Part shown: positions 1 to 6,902 of the stretch, one piece after another
Position numbering within the stretch: the stretch's first letter is position 1
How the letters are laid out: every line of letters starts with the position of its first letter
Assembly (NCBI GenBank): GCA_945861645.1
Contig: CAMAVZ010000034.1
Location: 1 to 15,912 of the forward strand
DNA: 15,912 nucleotides
Direction: 5' to 3'
From: Opitutus sp. GAS368
Lineage (GTDB): Bacteria; Verrucomicrobiota; Verrucomicrobiia; Opitutales; Opitutaceae
The notes under the pieces: generated by a model
Seen by the model: the letters and a program-made list of their open reading frames with translations, nothing else
Database searches by the model: none
What the model was told of the DNA's origin: nothing
Program-made: the position numbers and the translations under genes

Positions 1-257
1 TGGCTTACTTCGGTCATCTCGCCGGTTACGACGCCGGTTATTACGGTTATCAATGGGCCAAGGTGCTCGCGCTTGATATGGCGAGTGAATTTAAAAAAGC
101 GCCCGGCGGTTTCCTTGATGAGAAAGTTGGGCGCCGGTTGCGCGATGAAGTTTATAGCGTCGGCCACACTCGCGATGTGGTGGAGTCGGTAGAGAAATTC
201 CTCGGTCGGCCGCGCTCGCAGCAACCCTTCTTGGATTACGTGGGGATTAAACCATAA
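1..257 (+). CDS. M3 family metallopeptidase (thimet oligopeptidase/oligopeptidase A-like), C-terminal part; 5' end outside window
   Basis: Frame from position 3 reads AYFGHLAGYDAGYYGYQWAKVLALDM...KFLGRPRSQQPFL..., matching the M3A C-terminal FxHL..GY.AGYY.Y.W and FLGR motifs; stop TAA at 255-257. Confidence 0.88.
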   Translation, partial: AYFGHLAGYDAGYYGYQWAKVLALDMASEFKKAPGGFLDEKVGRRLRDEVYSVGHTRDVVESVEKFLGRPRSQQPFLDYVGIKP

Positions 258-427
258 GTGGCGAGCCGAGATGCCCCCTAATAGGGGGATAGTTATCGAT
301 CGTCAACCGGGTCCTGCCGTGCCAGAAAATTCATTACGCCGCATGTAACAGACCTACTGGGAGCAAGCTTCATGGAACTTTATCGGAGGAGGGATTCCAA
401 GCGCACTTTCCGTTAGATTGTCGGTGG

Positions 428-1054
428 TCATTTCAAAAGGTATTTCACCACCGCCTCGGTGCGGCTGCGAACATGCAGCTTTTGATAGATATGGGAAACG
501 TGCGTTCGCACCGTTTCCAAGCCGATGCCGAGCTGATCGGCCACTTCCTTCAGAATCAGCCCCTTCACCAGCTGGTCGAGGATTTCAGTCTCGCGGGCAG
601 AGAGGCGCTCGGACTCGGCCTCGGGCGCCGCCGCCCGATAAAAAAACTGCACGACCTGGCGAGCGATATGGGCCGACATCGGGGCTCCGCCGTGCTGGAC
701 TTCCTGGAGCGCAAGCAGGAGTTTTTCAGTCGCATCGCGTTTCACCAAGTAGCCGTTGGCACCCGCCTTCAATGCGCGAAAGACACTGTCGTCGTCCTCG
801 TAGGCCGTGAGCATGAGGAAGAGCAGTTGCGGCACCAGGAGCTTGAGGCGCCCCACGCATTCGATGCCGCTCATTTTGGGCAAATTGATATCCATCACCG
901 CAAGCTTCGGCTGGAGCGACGGGATCTCCCGCAGGGCAATCTCGGCCGAACCAAAGGCCCCGAGCAGTTGCAGGCGTTCGTCTGTGCCGATCAAGGCCGC
1001 CAGGTTTTCCCGGACCGCGCGGTCGTCCTCGACGATGACCACCCCCGCCCTCAT
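428..1054 (-). CDS. NarL/FixJ-family response regulator (REC + LuxR-type HTH)
   Basis: Receiver motifs IVEDD, MDINLP (phospho-Asp), MLT, GYLVK; C-terminal LSARETEIL...TVRTHVSHIYQKLHVRSRTEAV HTH. Start overlaps the kinase stop (ATGA, 1051-1054). Confidence 0.95.
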   Translation of the reverse strand: MRAGVVIVEDDRAVRENLAALIGTDERLQLLGAFGSAEIALREIPSLQPKLAVMDINLPKMSGIECVGRLKLLVPQLLFLMLTAYEDDDSVFRALKAGANGYLVKRDATEKLLLALQEVQHGGAPMSAHIARQVVQFFYRAAAPEAESERLSARETEILDQLVKGLILKEVADQLGIGLETVRTHVSHIYQKLHVRSRTEAVVKYLLK

Positions 1055-2847
1055 GGCTGCACCTCCGGTGCTGGCAACGGCACAGCGAGTCGGACCTGGG
1101 TGCCCCCCGCGGGCCGGGATTCAACCACGCAGGTGCCGCCGACCTCCTCCATGCGGCGCACCGATTGGTCCAGGCCATTGCCGTGCTTCACGGTCCCGGA
1201 ATCGAAGCCGCCGCCGTTGTCCGACACCGTCACGCGCAAGATCGGGCCGTCGAGTTCAAGGCGCACGACCACCTCGGTGGCGTGCGCGTGCTTGAGGGTG
1301 TTGTTCAGCGCTTCTTTTACGGCCATCATCAGCCGATGCCGGAGACCGCCGGGGAGGGTATGGGCCGGGAGCAGCGTCGGGATGTCCAGCCGGCAACGCA
1401 GGCCGGCGTTCCGCAAGACGGTGCTGGAATACTGGCTGAGGAAGTTGCTGAACCCCTCGAGCAAATCTTGCGCCGGATTGGCCGCCCAGACGATTTCCTC
1501 CAGGGCGGAGGCCAATTCCTTCACGGCGCCGCTGATGCTTTGAATCGGTTCCCGTGCGGCCTCGTCCGCCGGCGCCAACCGCAGCGCCCGGCCGGCCAGC
1601 AGGGAGATTTGGGTGAACCGCGACCCCATCTCATCGTGGATGTCCCGCGCCAACCGGGTCCGCTCTTCCTCCACGGCCCGAAGCTGATTCAGCCGCTGCA
1701 ACTCTCGCTGCATCTCGCGCCACTTAGAATATTGCACCCCGGTCAGCAGCACCGCGACGCCAACCCCGGCGCCGAGCAGTCGAAACCAGAGAGTAGAATA
1801 AAACGGCGGGCGCACCTCCACGGGCAGTCGCAACGAAGGCCCGGTGGGCCGCCCCAACTCGTCTGTCGCCCAAGCGCGAAACACATAGTCCCCCACCGGG
1901 AGCGCGTGGAACGACACCACCGCATCTAGGCCTCGACCGATACTATACATCTCCTCAGTTTCCAGCCGCAGCCGCTGCCCGGGCACGACCGGCACGGCGG
2001 TGCTCGAACTTTGCAGCCAACCGCCCGTGTTCTTGGGATCGATATCGATCAGCGCGAGCCGAGGTTCGGCGCCGGCGATGCCATTCCGGTAGGAATACAC
2101 CCGCGCGGTGCTCGCACCGGTGCCTTCACGCTCCCAGCCATCGGGTTGGCCCTGTTGGGAGTCGAGACGGGTGCCGACCAAAGTGGCGAGTTGATAGGCC
2201 GGCGTCTCGGCCGGCGTTCCCGCCACCGGCGCCAGAGCCGTAAGGCGCAATTGGCGTATCGCCCAGAACCCGGTCGTTTGCGGTGCGCCGCCCGACACCA
2301 GTGAGATCCGCACCACGCTGGTTCGCTCCGGCACGATGGCTTCCTCCACATGACGGTGCCAACGGGAATTCTGCGGCAAGCCGCCCCAACCGGGACTCTT
2401 GCCCACGCGAATGAAAGAGGCAATGCCGATGCGGGCATTGTTATGATCGAGGAAGCGCAAGCTGAGATACATTTGGCTGTCATGGTCCTGCATCTCATTT
2501 TCCCAGCCTTCCAGGCGGGTTCGGATCTGCACGACCGACCGCTTGCCGGGCGAAGCGGTGCCCAGGCTAATGGTGAGCGGCAAGTCCCCGGGCAGCAAAG
2601 AGAGCCCCTGATAGTCTGACGTTCCGCTATCTTCACCCTGCGCTTTCAAGGTCAACGGCATGGCCAGGCCGCCAAGGGTAATTTCCGTCAGCGCCGGCCG
2701 AGCCGCAGAAGGCTCGGACGAAAGGGGAGGGCCTTCGTCAGCGGCGCGCAGCCGGGACACTCCGCTGACGGCCAGGCTGACAATCGCCAGCCTAATGAGA
2801 AAATACAAAGGCAGGCGCACGTCTTGCATCGTTGTTATTTGCTCCAT
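1051..2847 (-). CDS. Membrane sensor histidine kinase (HisKA_3 + HATPase) with periplasmic Y_Y_Y-like/putative carbohydrate-binding sensor
   Basis: N-terminal hydrophobic segment, TM after PPFYSTLWFR, H-box ERTRLARDIHDEMG, N-box KEALNNTLKHA, G-boxes DNGGGF and GNGL. Start could be Met1 or Met7. Confidence 0.92.
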   Translation of the reverse strand: MEQITTMQDVRLPLYFLIRLAIVSLAVSGVSRLRAADEGPPLSSEPSAARPALTEITLGGLAMPLTLKAQGEDSGTSDYQGLSLLPGDLPLTISLGTASPGKRSVVQIRTRLEGWENEMQDHDSQMYLSLRFLDHNNARIGIASFIRVGKSPGWGGLPQNSRWHRHVEEAIVPERTSVVRISLVSGGAPQTTGFWAIRQLRLTALAPVAGTPAETPAYQLATLVGTRLDSQQGQPDGWEREGTGASTARVYSYRNGIAGAEPRLALIDIDPKNTGGWLQSSSTAVPVVPGQRLRLETEEMYSIGRGLDAVVSFHALPVGDYVFRAWATDELGRPTGPSLRLPVEVRPPFYSTLWFRLLGAGVGVAVLLTGVQYSKWREMQRELQRLNQLRAVEEERTRLARDIHDEMGSRFTQISLLAGRALRLAPADEAAREPIQSISGAVKELASALEEIVWAANPAQDLLEGFSNFLSQYSSTVLRNAGLRCRLDIPTLLPAHTLPGGLRHRLMMAVKEALNNTLKHAHATEVVVRLELDGPILRVTVSDNGGGFDSGTVKHGNGLDQSVRRMEEVGGTCVVESRPAGGTQVRLAVPLPAPEVQP

Positions 2848-2922
2848 GATTCCGAGGCTTTTTTTTCCGCGATGAGCCGCACGATATCACCCCGAACATA
2901 GCAGTCCTGCCGGCGTCTGCCC

Positions 2923-2940
2923 ATCCCCCGAACATGGGAT
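2923..2940. promoter_or_regulatory. Candidate response-regulator binding site (18-bp imperfect palindrome)
   Basis: ATCCCccgaacatGGGAT in the divergent intergenic region; CCCCGAACAT occurs twice (2890-2899, 2926-2935); similar 18-mer at 6732-6749. Confidence 0.45.
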
Positions 2941-3036
2941 AAGCACGGATTCGACAATAGCGGCTATTCCGACGTTAATTATGCCGGTTTCCCTCAGCGC
3001 CAGCCGTCCCAGGTTACCAGTGCCCCGTTCCGGCCC

Positions 3037-3211
3037 ATGCATCTATCCCGCATTGCCCTCATTTTGTTGCTCCCCATCACTGCGGCCCTGGCTCAAGTGG
3101 TCGCACCGTCTGTTACCCCGGTCGTTCGCCCTCATCAGTGGCGCCAACCGCAACATCAATGTCTACGGCCAGCCCTTGTCGGCCCGCTTGGGTGTGACGA
3201 TGAAATTCTGA
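3037..3211 (+). pseudogene. Collapsed remnant, probably of a TonB-dependent receptor: signal peptide joined out of frame to a beta-barrel C-terminus
   Basis: MHLSRIALILLLPITAALAQVVAPSVTP is a Sec signal peptide; another frame from ~3120 reads RSFALISGANRNINVYGQPLSARLGVTMKF-stop, an amphipathic last strand ending in Phe like the intact receptor here (IYVQPRTYELTANMNF). Confidence 0.6.
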
Positions 3212-3476
3212 GGAGGCCAACATGTCCCCGCTGTCGAGATTGGCTCAGGACAGGAGCCGGCAGCGAGGGACAAATTATTCCGAACCATGGTCACGTTGCC
3301 GATTTCGAGATCGTCGGCGCAGCCATGTTTCGTGTTTCGCTCCCCGGGTGCCGATTGACCCCTCCGGCGGCGGCCGCCCCGGGCAGCTCGATACCAGTGC
3401 TTTCTTCCTCAGCAGGTGCGGGATCACTCCCGTCCTCCCGCCCGTCTAACCCCGATTCCTTGCTCAATAAAACGTC

Positions 3477-3943
3477 ATGAAATTCGAGCTGCTCCTGTCC
3501 GCCTTCGCCCTCACCACCACGACCGCGCTAGCTGGTCAAGACCTGGTTCCCGGACAATATCCACGGCATACCCGGGGACGAGGACGGCGGCGGCATGAGC
3601 GCCTTCGTCGTATTCTCCATGATGGGTTTCTACCCCGTCACCTCGGGCGTTCCGGTCTACAACCTCGGCAGCCCCGTCTTTGACCAGGTCGAGGTGAATA
3701 CTGCCCACGGGGAGGACCTTCACGATCGTGGCCCGGAACAACTCCCGCGATCGCAAGTATGTCCAGTCCGTGACCCTCAACGGCCAGCCGCAGTCCAAGG
3801 TGTGGTTCACCCACGCCGACCTGGTCCAGGGGGGCAAGCTTGAGCTGACCATGGGCGAGCAACCCCAGCTCACCCTCGGCACGGACGCCAAGGATCTGCC
3901 GCCCTCGGCGCTGAATTTCAATCCCGCGGTCCTCCTTAAGTAA
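3477..3943 (+). pseudogene. GH92 alpha-mannosidase pseudogene (signal peptide + C-terminal part, large internal deletion, further frameshift)
   Basis: MKFELLLSAFALTTTTALAGQDLV, then in another frame from 3541 TWFPDNIHGIPGDEDGGGMSAFVVFSMMGFYPV...YNLGSPVF (GH92 GD(E/D)DxGxMSAW-type motif); a second frame change near 3697 gives ILPTGRTFTIVARNNS...YVQSVTLNG...GGKLELTMG to the stop at 3943. Confidence 0.88.
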
Positions 3944-3969
3944 CTTTCTCCCCAACCTCATCTCCTCCT

Positions 3970-4125
3970 ATGGCCTCCGCCCTACCCAGCACCCACAACG
4001 CCGCGTCCGCCAACGGCAATGGCACCGGCTCCCGCGGCGCCTTCGCCATCATGACCAGCCTCTTCTTCATCTGGGGCTTCATGACGGTGTTCAACGACAT
4101 CCTCATCCCGCGCTTCAAGGAGGCC
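3970..4125 (+). pseudogene. N-terminal fragment (first TM helix) of a FucP/GluP-type MFS sugar permease
   Basis: AFAIMTSLFFIWGFMTVFNDILIPRFKEA matches the FucP-family TM1 signature LFFxWGF...NDILIP; no further TM helices follow. Confidence 0.85.
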
Positions 4126-4815
4126 ACCTTCGCCGACATGGCCAAACTCCGCGCCCTCGGCCTCGACGACCGCACCCTCATTGTGTTTACCAGTGGCAAC
4201 GGTGCTTACTTCGGCGGCAGCAACGGCGGCCTGCGCGGCATGAAAGCCATGACGTCCGAAGGCGGCTTACGGGTTCCTTGCATTGCGCGCTGGCCCGGCC
4301 GGATCTCCGCCGGTCAGACGCTCGCCACGCCCGCAGTTTTGAACGATTGGTTCCCGACGCTGCGGGCGAGTGCGGGCGGGGCACTTCCCGGCGATCGGGC
4401 AATCGACGGTCGCACGCTTTGGCCCGTGCTCGCCGAAAAATCGACGCAGCTCCACGAAGCGATCTTTGGCTTTCAAGGTACCACGCTCCGCACCGTGCGC
4501 AGCGACCGTTGGAAGCTGCACGTCGAGGCGAGCCAACCGCGCGCCGCCCTCACGTCCGGCGCGCCGTGGATCGACCCCCGCGCGCCCGACGGCGCCACGA
4601 TCCTCGCCCCGGCCGAGCAAGCGCACCCGAGCCAATATCCCGGCCTCGATACCGGCGATCCCCTGCGCGTCGGCGCGCTCTTCGACCTTCAAACCGATCC
4701 GGGCGAGCAACACGACGTGGCTGCTGCCCACCCCGAAACTATGGCTCGTCTGCGCAAGCTCTCCACTGAATTTATCAAGGCATCGACGGAGTCGCGGCGG
4801 CCGAAAGCCCCTTAA
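4126..4815 (+). pseudogene. C-terminal half of a formylglycine-type sulfatase, fused in frame to the permease fragment
   Basis: LGLDDRTLIVFTSGNG, LRGMK...EGGLRVPCIARWPG, DWFPT, IDGR, RSDRWKL, LFDLQTDPGEQHDVA. No CxPxR motif, and the usual SDNG reads SGNG (4192-4203). Confidence 0.85.
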
Positions 4816-4846
4816 CTCACGTCCCTCCTAACGAACCCTGCCAATC

Positions 4847-6118
4847 ATGACCCTCGTTCGAAAGTTATCGTCATTCGCTGGCGGCCTGCTCCTCGCCGCC
4901 CTGCTCGCGAGCTGTGTGGTACCGCCCGCCGTGCGCGTCAACTCCACCACCCTCACCGGCAAGGTGATGGTCGGCTATCAAGGCTGGTTCAATGCCGAGG
5001 GCGACGGCGCCGGCCGCGGCTACAATCACTGGACCCCCGGCGGCAAGCGGCCCGGCCCCGGTTCCATCCGCGTCGACCTGTGGCCCGATATGTCCGAACT
5101 CGGCCCGAGCGAACGCTTCCCCACCAATTTTGTCCACGCCGACGGCACCCCCGCCGAGGTCTTCAGCTCGTATCGCCGGCCCACCGTGGTGCGCCACTTC
5201 CAGTGGATGCAGGAATATGCCATCGACGGCGTCTTCCTCCAGCGCTTTATCAACTCGCTCTCGCGTGGCACGTCCCTCGCCGCCAATAACGCCGTCCTAG
5301 AAAATGTTCGCGCCGGCGCGAAGCGCCACGGCCGGACCTACGCCCTGATGTATGACCTCAGCGGCCTCAAGCCCGGACAAGCCGATCTGGTGATCAACGA
5401 CTGGAAGAAGCTGCTCCGCGACACCCGGCTCACCAGCGATGCCGCCTACCTGCACCACGAGGGCAAACCCCTGCTCGCTCTCTGGGGCTGCGGCTTTCAG
5501 GACACCGAAAAGCCCCGCCCCTCGCTCGACGACTGGCGCAAGATCCTCACATTTCTGAAGGAGGACAAGGCGAGCGGCGGTCTCGCGATCATGCTCGGCG
5601 TGCCCAGCTATTGGCGCACCCAAGGCCGCGACTCCGTGGCCGATCCCGTGCTCCTGGAACTCATCGCCCTCGCCGATGTGGTCTCACCATGGACGCCCGG
5701 CCGCTACCGCACGCCCGAGGCCGCGACCACCCACGCGGCCGCAGTGTGGCAACCGGACATGGCGTGGACTCGCGCGCGCCAGATCGACTACCTCCCCGTC
5801 GCCTTTCCCGGCTTCAGCTGGTTCAACATGAAGGGCGCGCCACTCAACAACATCCCCCGCCTGCAGGGCCGATTCTTCTGGTCGCAGATCGCCGCCGCGA
5901 AGCGCGCTGGCGCCGACATGCTTTACGTCGCCATGTTTGACGAGGTCGATGAGGGCACCGCCATCTTTAAGGTGACCAACTCTCCGCCCGTCGGCAATGG
6001 CGTCCAGTTCGTCACCCACGAGGGCCGGCCGAGCGACTACTATCTCCGCCTCACAGGCGCGGCCGGCAAGGTCATCCGGGGTGAAATACCGGCGACTGAC
6101 GAGCCTCCGGGGCCCTGA
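4847..6118 (+). CDS. GH99/GH71-like glycoside hydrolase lipoprotein (often annotated xylosidase)
   Basis: Lipobox LLASC; motifs VGYQGWF, HFQWMQEYAIDGVFLQRF, MYDLSG, PVAFPGFSW, YVAMFDEVDEGTAIFK, SDYYLRL; intact 423 aa. Confidence 0.85.
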   Translation: MTLVRKLSSFAGGLLLAALLASCVVPPAVRVNSTTLTGKVMVGYQGWFNAEGDGAGRGYNHWTPGGKRPGPGSIRVDLWPDMSELGPSERFPTNFVHADGTPAEVFSSYRRPTVVRHFQWMQEYAIDGVFLQRFINSLSRGTSLAANNAVLENVRAGAKRHGRTYALMYDLSGLKPGQADLVINDWKKLLRDTRLTSDAAYLHHEGKPLLALWGCGFQDTEKPRPSLDDWRKILTFLKEDKASGGLAIMLGVPSYWRTQGRDSVADPVLLELIALADVVSPWTPGRYRTPEAATTHAAAVWQPDMAWTRARQIDYLPVAFPGFSWFNMKGAPLNNIPRLQGRFFWSQIAAAKRAGADMLYVAMFDEVDEGTAIFKVTNSPPVGNGVQFVTHEGRPSDYYLRLTGAAGKVIRGEIPATDEPPGP

Positions 6119-6200
6119 ACGAAGCGCGCCAGCTCCGCTTTCCCACAATACAATCCCTCTCCGTCGCTGGCTCGTCCCCAGCTGGGCTTATGCAATTAAG

Positions 6201-6272
6201 TGTGGGGTCGCCGCTAGTCGGCGGGCCGTTCCGCGAACGAACAACGGCGTGGCGACAAGCGCCGGCCCTACA
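6201..6272. repeat. Inverted pair of GT(A/G)G-type REP-like units (REPIN-like doublet)
   Basis: 6201-6230 TGTGGGGTCGCCGCTAGTCGGCGGGCCGTT vs reverse complement of 6243-6272 TGTAGGGCCGGCGCTTGTCGCCACGCCGTT: 23/30 identical. Confidence 0.65.
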
Positions 6273-6306
6273 CCCTAATTGGTGAGTGGAAATTCATTCG
6301 AGAGTA

Positions 6307-6605
6307 ATATCAATTACTCTGTAGTTTTGGACCATTTGATTTCTGAACTGCGGTTAGAGCGAGTCGTCCTAGACGAGCCGCGGCCTTGAGCTTGTCGAAA
6401 CGGCACATCTGGAGGACGTCATACCAATCTCCTCAAGCTTTTGCACTCTACACCAAGGCCGCCAAGATCACGAAGACTCGCTTCTGCTCGTGAATTTCTC
6501 TGCGGACTTTGCGACCTTGGTGTAAAAGCTTTGGGCGATTGGTATCAAACCAGCGCCTAGCGCTAGACGCCCTACCAAAGTCAAAATGCTTATAATAATT
6601 GGTAT
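6307..6605. mobile_element. Outer degenerate MITE-like element bounded by ATA(T/C)CAATT...AATTGGTAT ends
   Basis: 6307-6332 vs reverse complement of 6580-6605: 17/26 identical, same terminal motif as the inner element; encloses REP-like units at ~6352-6381 and 6551-6576. Confidence 0.4.
6421..6545. mobile_element. 125-bp MITE-like fold-back element
   Basis: Terminal inverted repeats ATACCAATCTCCTCAAGCTTTT (6421-6442) and 6524-6545, 19/22 identical; internal inverted repeat 6449-6466 / 6507-6524, 16/18 identical. Confidence 0.65.
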
Positions 6606-6631
6606 AAATTTCTGCTACCTAATCACGCACC

Positions 6632-6686
6632 GGTAGTCCCAAGCCCTTCGAGGGGCACAGCGGCGGTACGGAGACCGACGCCCACC
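6632..6686. repeat. Further REP-like hairpin pair
   Basis: GGTAG at 6632 followed by hairpin GCCCTTCGAGGGGC; on the minus strand GGTGG followed by hairpin GCGTCGGTctccgtACCGCCGC (6660-6686). Confidence 0.4.
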
Positions 6687-6731
6687 CAAGTGCCTAGCCT
6701 TGGAATCATTGGGACATCTCGCCGACCAACC

Positions 6732-6777
6732 ATCCCCTTAACGGGTGATGGCTGCGAATGAGGGAATAAGATATAAT
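6732..6777 (+). promoter_or_regulatory. Candidate activator-dependent promoter for the TonB receptor
   Basis: 18-bp imperfect palindrome ATCCCCttaacgGGTGAT (6732-6749), perfect TATAAT at 6772-6777, no good -35 hexamer. Confidence 0.5.
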
Positions 6778-6902
6778 AGAAAACATTTTTTGTGGACCCC
6801 GTTTCAAAAGCCTCACCCTCTGGATACAACCCCGGCTCACCCTGATTTTGACGTCCTCCCAGACTCTGCCAATCCCACCCAAGACTCAACCAAACCTAAT
6901 CT

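Noticed and set aside
345-416. VTDLLGASFMELYRRRDSKRTFR, faintly like the IS4-family LYxxRWxIExxFR motif
   Set aside because: Key W and E residues are missing, the segment is very short and no terminal repeats are visible.
473-1929. Long plus-strand ORFs (356 aa, 254 aa) over the two-component genes
   Set aside because: Antisense shadows of GC-rich coding sequence with no recognisable motifs.
3223-3272. Imperfect hairpin after the receptor remnant as a terminator
   Set aside because: Bulged stem with no convincing T tract; at most a decayed intergenic stem-loop.
3037-3480. 147-aa ORF as a real secreted protein
   Set aside because: Only the first ~28 aa look genuine; the rest runs out of frame through the barrel remnant and intergenic DNA.
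6200-6700. CRISPR array or known structured ncRNA in the long spacer
   Set aside because: No regularly spaced direct repeats or cas genes; structure is explained by inverted REP/MITE-like units, and no riboswitch consensus was recognised.
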